From the NCBI GenBank assembly GCA_965153285.1, contig OZ229115.1: a DNA stretch of 64,000 bases. The stretch is one strand, 5' to 3'. This document shows, one piece after another, positions 11,611 through 24,546 of this stretch (positions are counted from its first letter, which is position 1; every line of letters starts with the position of its first letter). Below the pieces are notes generated by a model, which saw nothing but the letters and a program-made list of their open reading frames with translations, was not told the DNA's origin and did not search any database. Source of the DNA: Podarcis tiliguerta. Its lineage: Eukaryota. The position numbers were made by a program, and so were the translations under genes.

Positions 11611-12495
11611 CTAAAGGAAAACCATAGAACTTCAGAGCCAAGTAAATACTTTTTACACAATGTTGCTGCTTACTAGGAAAAAGAAATGCTGTGCTTGCAA
11701 ACAGGCATAAATTGGCACTGGTTCATATATGGCAAACTGGTTTTGGTTTTTTTAAAAAAGAGCATGGTAATGATACCATATCAGAGACATAACAAAAATC
11801 CCTTGCTATACTGCAGGGCAGGGGCTCCTTTTTCTTAGCCTGTGGGTCATATTCCCTTCTGCGCAACCTTGGAAGACCACATGGTAGTGGAGGGCGGAGC
11901 CAGAAGCAAAAGGGGGAGGAGCAACAACCAGCTTTCACCTTTGCATAGTAGGCTAGTTCACACACAGTCTTCATCTTCTGTTCAGGGACACTAACGGACC
12001 AAAAGCACTCCAAATGCAAAGGCAGAACAAATGAGGAGTGTGGCCTGGGGAGAGCGCCGGGGGCGAGACGCAGAGAGGGTGGGAGAGTTGGATTTGGCTC
12101 CTGGTCCCCCAGCCCAGCTGTATGAGGTTTATTTTTTAAAAGAGCAAACTGGAAAGTTATGGCACTTCAGTCCTGTTTCAATGTTTAAAGCAATGGGCAA
12201 CTTGAAATTATTTAAAAATCAGACGTGCTAATGAATTTCAAGCCTATGAAGACTGGTAATGTATGCATACACGCATGTAGCTTGCAGCATTTGTGCACCA
12301 AGTTTGCTGTGCCTTTCATAAATAAAACTTGGCAACCATTGGCCAGTATTACATAGTAATTAGACAGGAGAGTACTGCACACGACAGCAAAAATGCTAGA
12401 CAGCATTACCATTTTCATTATATTTGTATAAACACACACACACACACACGGTAACTACTGCCCACAGAGATTCTGTGTGTCAAATTTAGGCTGAC

Positions 12496-12582
12496 CTGTG
12501 CAGAAATAGTGCGCTGAAAGGTTTTGGCGGTTGAGGTTTCATTGGATACATTACTCTGTGGAGCCCAGTAGTGTTCAGACAT
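12496..12582 (-). CDS. USP24: USP24 exon 66
   Basis: MSEHYWAPQSNVSNETSTAKTFQRTISAQ. Confidence 0.93.
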
Positions 12583-12672
12583 CTAGAGAAATATGAAAGC
12601 ACCCATTAATGGAAACTGGAACAGTACTATAGCCACGTGAATGAACTTTTGTAATGAAAGGGTTTAAATTAC

Positions 12673-12748
12673 CTTTATTTGAAGCCACTGTACAGCCCAA
12701 CTCCAATGATGGGAATTCTCCTTGAAATAATCTTTAGCAGCAGAGCAC
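12673..12748 (-). CDS. USP24: USP24 exon 65
   Basis: CSAAKDYFKENSHHWSWAVQWLQIK. Confidence 0.93.
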
Positions 12749-13350
12749 CTTTGAAATCCAAAGCAAATTGTTAAAACTATTTATCTAAAGGTAATTTAGG
12801 ATCACACTCCCTTTTCATACTTTATGAACTGTCTGGCTGTGTAATTCACTGCCTTTGCTTGTGTGCTGCAATACAGAGCAGGATGGAGTCCAATGTTTCA
12901 GAACGTCTCCAAAGTACAAATTCTTCCACTTTACAAAACCTTTCCTTCCTTGTCACACGGGGCAATTCTTCCTTGTCACAGTCAGCTGAGCGGCTATGAT
13001 ACATTGCAGTGACAGGACGATTTTACAAATGACAGAACATCACTATTTTTCAAACAGCACAGGCTTCATATTTGCTGTTTTCTTTGAGCCTGCTATTATT
13101 ACAATGCAACTGAATGCACAGCATTGAACGTTCTTTAGGTATCCATACAACTAGTCTTCCTTGGATCACAGGTTCACAAGAAGCAGACCCTTTATCTAGA
13201 TTATAAATGGATCCTACACATTTTATTTGGGCCTGAGAAAGGATAAAAGAGAACTGGCAAAGGCTTGCTGAAGACACAGCTGCTTCTTATAATCATGTGA
13301 CTTAATACAAACAGAGCACACCGACTTCCATTTCACTGAGTTATACTTAC

Positions 13351-13432
13351 TTCTGAGCAAGAGTGACCAAGAATTTGACACACTGATAACAGCGACTGCT
13401 GTCCACATGGTTATTACTGTGGTGCATCAGTG
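13351..13432 (-). CDS. USP24: USP24 exon 64
   Basis: LMHHSNNHVDSSRCYQCVKFLVTLAQ. Confidence 0.93.
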
Positions 13433-13772
13433 CTGTTGAAGAAAAAGAAAGGAGATTAATCAGTATTAAAGACTTCAGGAGTGGGCCCTGCCATAAAGCA
13501 GGGAGATTTGATTCTACATCCTAGTTTGGGTTTCATGTCAGACTACTAACCAAAGTGTAGAATCTAAACCATGGTTGTAGTTTCAAAATGTTCCACAGAC
13601 AAACCATCATTTCAAGAAGTTTTTCATAAATATTTCTCACTTTCATTGAGCAGCACCAGCTTCTGCAGACAATAGCTGTAACCACGGTTTGCTAACTTAG
13701 ACAAAAGCATAGTTTGGTGCAACGTATGAAATTAGCCTGTGATTCATGTCTTACTTAACAACAACAAAATGT

Positions 13773-13783
13773 TAATAATAATA

Positions 13784-13828
<45 letters not shown>
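13773..13828. repeat. (AAT)n microsatellite, probably derived from a LINE tail
   Basis: About 18 AAT units followed by tttatttataccc. Confidence 0.9.
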
Positions 13829-13958
13829 TTTATTTATACCCCCTTTTCTAGTTAAAACATGCAATGAGCTGTGTGATTACACCCTAGGTTATAATAGAGC
13901 ACTTAAAGATGATGAAACTTGATTATCAACATACCCCCCAGCAATCCATTTTACTCAC

Positions 13959-14025
13959 CCAGCAATCCATTTTCAGTCTCAAATGCAAACTTGACCCGCT
14001 CTATTTGCAAAGGATCTTCAATAAT
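13959..14025 (-). CDS. USP24: USP24 exon 63
   Basis: IIEDPLQIERVKFAFETENGLL. Confidence 0.92.
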
Positions 14026-14387
14026 CTGCGAAAAGGAACAGAACAATTATACAGACACCTGGAATCTATCATATAGTTATACAATGCTTGGTTGTACCCA
14101 ATGAAGTCTTTCCACTAGTACAAGAACTTCTGCCTGCACAAAAGGGCTTTCTTTCGATTCTACCTTGGCTAGATTATATCCATTGTTATGTTAGCAAGAT
14201 AAATAATATTATGACACTGCAAAAACCAGATAAGGGAAAATCCGTATGGATATAAGAAACATTGGTTGTATAAATTAGTTTTGTTTTTGGCATTTTCATC
14301 TATACTCCAATGCATATCGACTGAGTGAACAGCGTAACACAAACAAGCAAAAAAAACCCTGTTTGTTATTAAGGTGTGTTCAGTTAC

Positions 14388-14453
14388 CAATATCTCATGA
14401 AGAAGCTGGAAGATGTTCTTCAATTCATGGGGTGGAGCAGTCTCCAGCTGATT
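14388..14453 (-). CDS. USP24: USP24 exon 62
   Basis: NQLETAPPHELKNIFQLLHEIL. Confidence 0.93.
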
Positions 14454-14910
14454 CTGTAAGTTTGAAGACGCAGATTTAAGCAGGTGGAAGGGAACGTACA
14501 TGAATATCAGATTTAGGCTAATAATTCATATATGATTTTGCATTTTTAAAAACCCCTAAATTATAACAAGGTGGGGGCTAGATATCTACACTTTTATCAG
14601 AAGCCTGTGTCATCAGAGAAATACATTTAAACATTTTTTTCCCCAATTTGTTCTGGGGAAGAATTCTTCATTTGTGTTTTTTTTCTGAAGAGCATTGGTT
14701 CAAAGGCTAGGGTGCTGGAGGACAGGCAGCAGGAACCAAACATATAAAATAGGAAAATTAGAGAAGTGAGAGGTGTACAAACTATGGGCTAAAACATATA
14801 CAGATCTCCTGCTTCCTGGAAACTAAGCAATTTTTGTTTGTTTTGCTATTTCAAATATAAACGTTTTGCTCTCGTAAAAGCAAGTAAGTTACATTTATAA
14901 ATATGAAATA

Positions 14911-15104
14911 TGTTGCACTATGACCTAGGAGACCAGGGTTCAAATTTCCACTTGGCAATGAAGCTCACTGGGTAACCTTGGGCCAGTCGCAGTCTCTTAA
15001 ATTAACCTACCTCACAGGGTTGTTGTGGGGATTGAGGAAGGGAAGAACCATGGATGCCACCTTCAGCTCTTTCGCAAAAAGGGTGGGATAGAAATGAAAT
15101 TAAT
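14911..15104 (+). mobile_element. CORE-type (MIR-like) SINE
   Basis: B box gggttcaaat; core gggtaaccttgggccagtc...acctacctcacagggttgttgtgg; L2-like tail. Confidence 0.75.
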
Positions 15105-15408
15105 ATGCATGCATGGAGCGCATGGATGAATGGAGGAATATGCCAGAAGCTCTGGCTATTTGTACCTTTTTGCAGAGCCTTTTCATGTGCTACAATAGCT
15201 AATGTGTACGGTGAAGTGCAAATAAGCTCTTTCATTCTGAAGAATTGGCATCTGCCAATATGGAGATTGTGCAACAGGCAATTCGATTCTGTACTGCACA
15301 GAGCTGTTACGTACACAGACATGTGTGTGCGCGCACACACACACGCCTCAGGCACCAACGTAGAACAGGCCATGTTTTGAAAGTGTACCCTGACTGGTTT
15401 CTCCTTAC

Positions 15409-15522
15409 CTTGATGAAATGGAGCATGGTAAAGGAAAAGTGCTCATTACAAAAGCAGCAGTACACCACCATCTCAATGAGGACCAGCAGCGATCCAGTTA
15501 GCTCCCTTAATGCATACATCAC
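15409..15522 (-). CDS. USP24: USP24 exon 61
   Basis: VMYALRELTGSLLVLIEMVVYCCFCNEHFSFTMLHFIK. Confidence 0.93.
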
Positions 15523-15686
15523 CTAATGAAGAAACACAAAGAGTCAGATTAGGCAGCCGTTCTTTCTTAAAATAAAAATAAAAAATCCAGCTTTGGGAAG
15601 CTCGTAGATTTGCTCTTTTTAAATGTTCTTCACATTTAAGACCCAACCCAAGCCTCATAATTTATAGGCCTAAAACAGTAGCTTAC

Positions 15687-15808
15687 CTCCATTAAATAAG
15701 GCTTCCCCTCAGGCAGGAACAGTAAAGCTTCTACTTCTTCATGGAGGGCCAGGAGTGGCCCAGAGGTGGTAATGCTAAGGGGTGAATGCAGAACACACAG
15801 ACCAGGAG
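15687..15808 (-). CDS. USP24: USP24 exon 60
   Basis: PGLCVLHSPL...LHEEVEALLFLPEGKPYLME. Confidence 0.92.
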
Positions 15809-17242
15809 CTGAAAAATAAACAAAAGGAAAAGAAATATGGAGGCAGGAAACACACAGAGGGACGAGTGGTGGAGAGGATAGCAAAAACTTCGATCCACGT
15901 GATTTCCGGCCTTCCTGAACAAATACAAGGAGACATCCCCCACCTGCCTGCCTCCTGAGAAAATAGTTGAACCACTACTCCTTTTGAGTAGCAACTTTAT
16001 ATGCAGATAGTAAATAGCAGGGGTGTGCACTGGTTCTGTGTACTGCAAATTACAAGGTGAATCAGGGTGATTTGGGGAAGATTCCCACATCAGACTGTGC
16101 TACTAGCATGGTGCCTCCAGATGGACTGGGGGACTCCCTAAGCCTCCAGGTGGCTCTGTGCCCTTGATTCCCACCCCTAGCCTCCCAGAAACTAAGTCAA
16201 GCTGACTGGGGGAAACTCCCAAAACTCGGAAGGGTGGAGAGGTGGTGGAATCTGAGAAACAGGTCTAGCTTTGAAACTGATTTCTTTTCCCAGAGCACTC
16301 TAATTAGATATTTAGAGGAGGGGTTGAAAGCTATTTCTTTACATGTTCCATTCTTTACAGTGAATGGAAAGATTTCCATTGTATGCCTCAAAGTAAGTGG
16401 GAAAGGGGCTGAAGACCACCCCTTTGACCCTTATGGTAACAGGTCCTTGCTGGGAGAAATCCACTTTTTCCTAGGGATTTGTGCTGTTTTGCAGCAACCC
16501 CGTTCCATGAAAGTCTCCTTGGCAGAAGAGAATTTGCCTCCAAATGTCTGTGGGAGGCAGAAACTCAACCCCCTAACTACAACCATTTGGGCACAAGGGT
16601 CTTTGCTAGGGGCGACATTCCCCACACTCAATATTTCATGAGAATCTAGCACTTTTTTTCTTTGCCCGCAATTCCTAGTGTGCCCACCCTAAAATGGTCA
16701 AGTCTGTCCTTGTGGGAGAAGCGCTGTGAAGCTTCATTCCCTCACAGAAAGGGTGACTGTGCATACAAATTTCACCCAATTCTGGAAGAAAATGAAAAAA
16801 AGCATAACTCGTCCTTTGATGGGAAAAGAATCTAACCTTTAGGTGTCCCCTGGATATAAATGCCTAGTTTGCAGTCTTAATCCATTCTGGAGGGTCCTCC
16901 AAGCAAGGACCCACTGGCAAATTTAACCCACTTCTGTGAAAAGGGAAGAAAGTTACAACTGTTTTTAGATTCCCCATTATCATGAAGGGGTTGAGAAAAC
17001 AGAGCTTAATGAGTAACAATGGGTTGAATTGGAAAGACTGGCTCCAAACAGATCAGGCTGCTTCCCAAAGCTGCAGATTAAAAGTTGAATATGGTGGCTG
17101 GTGTACACTTCTTCCAAATAGTCACTGAAAACCAGGAGTTGCTCTTGGTGGGTAAACTGAGGAAGTTTAATCTCTTTACTGAAGATCTGCCAAGCTGCAT
17201 TATTAACAGCGGCCATTTAGTTTTGTGAAACAAAATACTTAC

Positions 17243-17345
17243 CCACATTCCTTTGTGATGAGACATCAGAGTGCAAAACAAGCAGTGCCACGGTATTATG
17301 GAGGAACCCAAACTCTCGAGCTTGTGCTGAACTCCATCTGCGATT
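17243..17345 (-). CDS. USP24: USP24 exon 59
   Basis: NRRWSSAQAREFGFLHNTVALLVLHSDVSSQRNV. Confidence 0.92.
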
Positions 17346-18126
17346 CTGTTTTTGTTAGGCAATATTAAAAAAAAGAGTAGAAGATTATTTTGCAAGCCCT
17401 GCTTAAACATCATTGCCTGCACACACTTTTCAGTTTTGTGTCTTTTATTTTATTTAAGGGAAGAGCATTCCTAAAACCAATCATATGCTTGCTTTAAGTA
17501 AGCAGCAACTGTGTTCATATAATAGTAGCAAAGTATAGAGTGCTATATGGAAAACTCATTTTGAGTTTCCAAGGTAGACTCAATTTTATGGTACAGCAGA
17601 ACCTAGGCATATCGCACCATGGGTTATGTTGCAAGTAGGCACCCGTTTCTGTTTGATTAATGCAAAAAGCCTTCCATCAGCAACTTGTCCCAACAATGGG
17701 CAGGGTGTTCCAAGAGGGAGAAGCAATGCATGCAGCAAGTTCAGAACGGGGCTGAGTTGTGCTGAATCACCTACAGGCTTGAGGCAGTCAGTACCAGCAG
17801 CTGCCAAGGCAGGCCAGACACATGGCTCTGCCTCCCTCCTGCCTCAAATGCTGCTGGCAGTGCAGAGCTGGGCCCAAGGGAAGCAGCTGCAGGGAGTCTG
17901 GCTGTTTTCTTGCACATACGGTTGCAGGGGGAAGAGGAGCACACAGATTAAATTTCCTTGGCTGCTTCTCTTGGGCTCTCAGGTACAGGAGCAGTGGTGG
18001 CAATCGGAAGACAGAGTTCACAATGGCTTTAATCCCAATGGGTAGTTTCTGTAACTTAGTATATGAACTTGAAGGCAACACAAATATTCTACCTAGATTA
18101 CTGGATGATATTAAGCACCTCATTAC

Positions 18127-18219
18127 CTGGTTATTCTGACGGCTAGGACCAAGGAGAAAGTTGATCATATGCCTCAAGGCAGAATGCCTGAGAAGGAGAT
18201 CACAAGCTCTTATACCCTG
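18127..18219 (-). CDS. USP24: USP24 exon 58
   Basis: QGIRACDLLLRHSALRHMINFLLGPSRQNNQ; CAGCAG acceptor. Confidence 0.92.
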
Positions 18220-18724
18220 CTGTGAAAGGACAAACAGAACATAGGGTCACATCTGTTTCCATATGCAGAGCATGCCTGCACATTTTAGATTATGGTTCCT
18301 TATTACGCTTCGTACTTTCCAAAAGCACATATGATTAAATGAAATACTACTGACTGGCAGGGTTTTGAATGGCTCCACAGCACCAGATTCCCTAGGATTT
18401 GCAGGTATTTTTTCTTTCAGGTTTGCTTGCTTACCAGTTTAACAATAGGATACCCTGAACACAAAGGAAGACCGGACAGCTGGAAACACACGCCCTAAAG
18501 ACTGCAGCAGACCATTGGAAAGCACCTGGGGAAAGGCATGCTCTCCAGTCAATAAGGCTTGATTTGAGCACCTGTAACAGGTTTAAACTCTAAATGGCTA
18601 TATAAGAAATCCAGAATAATAATCTACCTTTATGTGATAATGGTAATGTTTACCCATAACATAAATTTGTCCTAGGACATAGGGCAAATAAAGAGAGAAG
18701 TGGAAGAGTGAGTATTTGGTTTAC

Positions 18725-18841
18725 CTTTTGTACAAAATTGTTGAACAAGAAGAAGTACTGGGCACAGTTTTTGCAGTTCTCAGGAACATCCTTGTCCAGC
18801 AGACCAAGCAGCACATCCACTAACTGATGCAGACTTTTCAA
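18725..18841 (-). CDS. USP24: USP24 exon 57
   Basis: LKSLHQLVDVLLGLLDKDVPENCKNCAQYFFLFNNFVQK. Confidence 0.93.
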
Positions 18842-19607
18842 CTGTTGAAAAGTAAAGATGGGAAGATCTTGTAGTATCAGGAAGGCAGATTTAATTAAGG
18901 CACATTTAATAATAAGTACAAAAGGCACCTACTGCCTATGGGTTTATTAGGCTTGCTTAAGACAAATGCCAGGCAGCTTGGTTCAGCTGGCCATTGGGCA
19001 TTGCTTCCTTAACACCCTGCTGAACAATTCTATTACATACATTTCAGGACTCACACATATCCTTAGAACAAAATAACTTAATTTAAGAAGGGCATCAGCG
19101 TATACACTCTTAGAATAGAAGGACTATAACACTTTCAAGTCTGACCACTGGCCCAGCAAATTTAAGTAAAAACACTCAAGCTTAAAAAGCTCTGTATTGA
19201 GCACAGTGACAACAACTTTGGTGCGTGTCTATGCAAGGAGCTAAGCAGGACATTTAAGCCTCTTTCTCTGACCACCAACCACCTCCTGAGATTTTACCAA
19301 ACGTTGCCCATACATTCTCAAATGGATCTCTGCAGCCGTAAGAACAGGAACTTATTTTTTCAAGTAGGAGTTTCTCACAACACTTAATACTGCACTTAGA
19401 CAAAACCATCACAGAACCATAGGATTTGCAAATGTCTGAAACTAGTCACAAGATTCTGGCAGTGAACAGACTAAAGAAATACGACAGAAGAGCAAGGGCG
19501 GCAGAGGGGTGGGGAACAATTAACATATACCATTAATGAAGCAGTAGCATACAATTTTCTGAAGTGCAATGAAATGTTTCGCATACCAGCAGTTACATAT
19601 TACTGAC

Positions 19608-19704
19608 CTTTTCCTGATAAAACAAGGCACTGTCTAAGGTTTTTTCAAGAATGGTGGCTACAGCAACTCGCACCTCTCTCACACTGCATTCCAGTAGAAA
19701 AGTC
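19608..19704 (-). CDS. USP24: USP24 exon 56
   Basis: TFLLECSVREVRVAVATILEKTLDSALFYQEK. Confidence 0.93.
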
Positions 19705-20297
19705 CTGAAAAATGCACACATGCAATAAAAATGAAGATGCGCGCGATAGAATCCATCTCTCTCATGTGCTAGTAGAAATCTGCAATCCCTGCCTTTTACT
19801 CAAGTGTGAAATCCAATATTTACACTTCTTTGAGAGTAGAAAGACTGGATACGGTCACTTAATAGCCAAACTGAAGGTGCCTCATAGAATGTAAATGATA
19901 TCTATGTGCGTCTGACAGGAATTCTTCAAATCAGCAGGACTTAATACCATAACAAAATAGACAGATTAAAAGGAAGCAGTAATTGACTGCCTAAAGCAAT
20001 GTAGATAGGCTTTCCACTGAAAGTCGTTCAGTGTGACAGAGCTTGTCATTTGGAGCAGACACATGCCTACACACACACACTGACTCACTGTGCACTTAAT
20101 GGATCAAGCAATTTTTATATTCATGTCATAAATTATATTTCCTGCCAGAAATATAGCTAAAAGGCTATCTGCTTCTCCACAAGTAGATCGTTCTCTCATA
20201 TGGCTTATTCATCCAAGTATACAAATTTTTGAGTACATGCCTCTAATGAAGATAAGCGAGTAGTATATAATACTTGTGTACTTATGTTGATACTTAC

Positions 20298-20411
20298 TTT
20301 ATGAGCTCTCGCCCTTCTGCCTCAACTAAATATTCAACCAACCATTGACAAGCTTCAAAACTTTTAGAAACCAAAGCATCAATGGTTGCAATCCATTCTT
20401 CTATGTCAACC
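20298..20411 (-). CDS. USP24: USP24 exon 55
   Basis: VDIEEWIATIDALVSKSFEACQWLVEYLVEAEGRELI. Confidence 0.93.
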
Positions 20412-20513
20412 CTTAAAAAACACACACACAAAAAAAATCACAGCAAGGTCAGCAAGACTTCAATATGTGAAATATAAGTTTTCTCTCTTTTAAAAAGCTT
20501 TAAAAAGTGCTAC

Positions 20514-20617
20514 CTGAGTTTTTTCTTGGTTCGCAGACATGTCTGGAAGAGGAACTGGACTGCTAGTTGTAAACTTACTCTTGCCATAGATGGATAATGG
20601 GGGTGCTTTAACTTTGT
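20514..20617 (-). CDS. USP24: USP24 exon 54
   Basis: TKLKHPHYPSMARVSLQLAVQFLFQTCLRTKKKL. Confidence 0.92.
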
Positions 20618-21843
20618 CTAAGAAAAAGAAAGTGCATCACATAACACCACAAATACTGGCCTTTCTGGTAAGATTATTAAACACAGTTTTCAGACTGGAA
20701 CTGAGATGGTGCCAAAATAGTTTTAGGATGGCACAAGGTAAAGAGAATTATCTGAGGTTTCAGAAAAACGCTTTGTCAAATGTCTAATGACTTCCACTCT
20801 TCTGCTAAGCTCCTTGGTGTTTAAAGAAAGGGGGAAAACAGCTTCTGTCCCTTGGATTATGCTCTGGGAGCTGCAATCCAGCACAAACTTTTCCTCATTT
20901 TTTGGACCTTCCTCTTTAGCTCAAACCAAACTATGAGTGTGTGCAGTGGCCTCAATATTTGCCTTGTAACTGTTATGTGTTTTAAAATTCTGATCCATTT
21001 TCAAATTGCTTCCTGCTATTTGACTTGATTTGGTTTTGTGTAAACAAAATTCTGAGGTTCTCATTCACTATAATGGAGAATTGAAAAATGGTGTAACTCC
21101 CCCCGCCCTTTGACCAAAGTGGATGAAATTTACAAGGGTGAGGGAAGCAGGTATTTGTCTCTTGCCTTTTCGCTTCATACAATAATTAAAGGGGTGTGTA
21201 TTAAATGCTTCATACCAGCCTTTTCATTCCAGTGGTTGTGTCGTCTGATGGGTTTTATAGGCCTACAACAAACCATACAGTCTTAGGGTGTCTAAAATGT
21301 TGGTTGCAGAGTTTGGCTGTTTCAGTTTTCTTTGTTAAAGCAGAGTTACACAGGAGCTAACATATATGTGTGTGAGTAGCTTCTAATTTCTTTAAAAGTC
21401 CTACACCGCTGTGCTTTGACAAAAAACACAATCTAGAGCCCTTCAACAACATTTTGGACAGCCTTCTTGCAAAGTGATGTAGGAAAAAATAGATATATGA
21501 GGGGAAAAGTACAGAAACAATGGGGCAGAAAAACATAAAGTTTGGATCCAGCTTGGTGGAGGGCAGCCCCACAAATCACCCTGTTATTTGGCCCACAAAC
21601 AGGCAATGAACACCCTAAAAGATATAATCACAGACTAAACATATGTTTTACTGCAGTTAAGTAATCAAAGAGGCCATAGTATGCTATATCAACAATGCAT
21701 TCATTTTTTAAAAAGAAGTTTGCTGCTGGATAGTCTTAATTTCTCCCCCTCTTCCCACTGAGTACAGTTTATCTTGTTCTGGCTCCACTGAGCCTCAGCA
21801 ATTCACTTCACTTAGTATCTGAAAGATAAAATTAATCACTCAC

Positions 21844-21939
21844 AGCATTTAATGAAGCTAGTGATAAAACAAAGCTAAAATAGTCACTGCTGTAGACATC
21901 TCTGTTCTTCATAAACTTCAGGTTTTCATCTCTCACCAT
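21844..21939 (-). CDS. USP24: USP24 exon 53
   Basis: MVRDENLKFMKNRDVYSSDYFSFVLSLASLNA. Confidence 0.93.
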
Positions 21940-22302
21940 CTGAAATGACAACACATGTCTGGTTTTAGAAATAAAAGTCAAGGATATGTTTAGAATTTCT
22001 AAATCTTTCTTACAGAAAATATGACATTTTTTAAACAAAAGCATCATTAAAAGCAGGATGTTAGAAGCAATGTATATCTCATACTGTATGTTTGAAATGG
22101 CATGATTTGGGCTGAATTAGCTGTAATTATCACCAAGCTAATCAAGTCATACTGGAAAGGCTCACTGAAAACATCAGGCTCAGTGTGCTGCAGCAGTGAG
22201 ATTAATGGCAACTTCTAAATAAATAGAAAATAGAACTCACATTTATTACAGTGCCATAAAACAGCAACTAAACATTCACATGATTTTCTGTCATGAATGC
22301 TT

Positions 22303-22385
22303 CAGCTGAGATTCCTGCATTGCAGGGGGTTGGACTAGATGACCCTTGGGGTCCCATTCCAACCCTACAATTCTATTATTCTATG
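22303..22385 (+). mobile_element. CR1 LINE 3' end fragment
   Basis: ttcctgcattgcagggggttggactagatgaccc..gtcccattccaaccctacaattctattattctatg. Confidence 0.8.
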
Positions 22386-22486
22386 TTACTAGTGCTGGCA
22401 AAGATAAAGGGGCAGCTACAATTGAGTTGTCCACTGAAAATGACAGACATTAGGCTTACAAGAGAGAACTATTTCTCTCTTGATTA

Positions 22487-22986
22487 CCGTATTTTTCGCA
22501 CCATAGGGCGCACCTTGTTTTAGAGGGGGAGAACAAGAAAAAAAATCTCCCCCTCTCTGCCCAGTGCCCCTTCAGAGAGAGGGAGAATTTCCCCCCTCTT
22601 GTTTTCCCGCTCTAAAACAAGGTGCCGTTTAAGGTGCGTTCAGGCGGCTACCTTGGAAGCCTGGAGAGCGAGAGAGGGAAGCCCACCACCAGCCCCAAAG
22701 AGCAGGTCAGGGAGCAGTGGAAAGGCGCAGCGGAGAGGCTCCTGTCATAGCCGCGCGTCAACTCTCCAGCCGGGAGAGGGTTGCGGGGGGCTTCTTTAGC
22801 CCCGTGCGCGCTCTCCCGGCTGGAGAGGTGACGCGCGGCTATAGAGGCTCCTGCCATAGCCGCGCGTCACCTCTCCAGCCGGGAGAGGGTCGCGGAGCTA
22901 TGGCATCTTCGCTCCATAGGACGCACACACATTTCCCCTTCATTTTTGAAGGGGAAAAAGTGCGTCCTATAGAGCGAAAAATACGG
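22487..22986. mobile_element. Young non-autonomous Tc1/mariner-superfamily element (Tc2/pogo-like)
   Basis: TA|CCGTATTTTTCGC ... GCGAAAAATACGG|TA; CpG-rich interior with internal inverted repeats. Confidence 0.85.
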
Positions 22987-23050
22987 TAATTTATCGATTA
23001 TCGATTCTTACAACATGAGGAAATGGTCTTCAATTGAATAGCTTTAAAAT

Positions 23051-23270
23051 AATAAATAATAATAAATTTTTATTTATATCCCGCCCTCCCCAGCCGAAGC
23101 CGGGCTCAGAGCGGCTAACAACAGTAAAATGATAAAACATTCTAAAATCATCTCATTATAAAATTAATTCCAATCAAATTAATGGCAACTATTGGGCTAG
23201 AAGTTCGGTGAGGATTGCCAAAGGAGGGAGTCAGGCTGTGCCCTGGCCAAAGGCCTGGTGGAACAGCTCT
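23051..23270 (-). mobile_element. L2 LINE 3' end
   Basis: Minus strand reads ELFHQAFG, then UTR, gttagccgctctgagcccgg..gggcgggatataaataaa tail. Confidence 0.7.
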
Positions 23271-23441
23271 GAAGTGTCACCTCTAAATCTATGAGATTAA
23301 ATCTTGATTTTTGTTTTGCTCCAGAACAATTCAGAGAGTAAAAGATATACCTATATCCATTACACCTAGAATTTTATCTATTGAGCTTGTGAATACCTGA
23401 CATTTTCATAGTGTTATCTAGCTGCCATTAACACTGTTTAC

Positions 23442-23592
23442 CTGATATATCCGAACTGGCATTTTCTCTACAAATAAGCCTTTCTTCTCCCCTTTCTTGA
23501 CCAACTTGGTCAAGATGGACAAGCGGTCACTACTGGGTCTATGGGGCCGTGGCGATGATTGCGGTGAAACATCTGGTGAAGATGGAGCAGAC
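23442..23592 (-). CDS. USP24: USP24 exon 52
   Basis: SAPSSPDVSPQSSPRPHRP...GLFVEKMPVRIYQ. Confidence 0.93.
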
Positions 23593-24433
23593 CTGGGAAA
23601 TAAAACGCATGTAAGCTCAATGCTGAAAATATATTCTTCCCTTTGCTTGACAAAGTGCAAAGCCAAAGTTCTCAAGTATGTTGTGCATCTAGCAATGCAC
23701 ATTTGATCATAACTTTACGTTCTGCACATGGAAGGCCTGAACTCATTATATGGCTGATTGTGGCTACAATCCTGCATCCTTTGCTAGGGCAGCACGCTGT
23801 GGAACAGTGTTTTCTAAGAAGCCAGTGTAGCTTCTCCTCCTTCACCAGGTCTCCAGGGCTGTTTACTGCTGTGGTGCTGAGTACATTGCTCTAAACAGAT
23901 GCTCCCATGCATTCAACAGCCTGCCAAGCCCTCTCTCTCACAGCTCTGCTTCTGCTTCTGCTACTACTAATACACTGTATCTGTAATACCCAATGATGTT
24001 CATAACTGAACCATTTCTTTTTCATAATGAAAAGAGGCTTCATAGAGTCAGCTGGCCAGCCCCCTGCTAATGGGAAAAAATGAAACAAGGTAAAGAGAAA
24101 ACCAAAGGTTTCTCTGACTAAATGTTTTTTGGCCGTTTTAGCAGGATTTGGGTTTCATGGTGCAAGTATTCACCCCCAAATGGTTATGTTCCACTTTTTC
24201 AAGGTTATATCTTTAAAAAGTTTCAATACCGTAGCTTGTACAGTCCTATTCCTTCATACAGCATTCACCTCCTAAATGTCTTGGATGCCCCTGGTCATAA
24301 ACATACTAACAGAAGCTGTCCTGAGCTTATGCGTAACCAAATTATAGCCTCAAGAGTACTCCTCTGAACAGAAGATTATAAATTCTGCAGAGGTCCCTCA
24401 TGGAAGGAATAAGCTTCTGGTTAAGTAGCTTAA

Positions 24434-24476
<43 letters not shown>
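24434..24476. repeat. Compound (CA)n(GA)n microsatellite
   Basis: Read directly from the sequence. Confidence 0.9.
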
Positions 24477-24479
<3 letters not shown>

Positions 24480-24546
24480 GAGGGGAAGCAAGATGTTCTG
24501 CTTGTGCAGGGATCAGATAACCGGGGTTAGAGACAGGTAAACTTAC

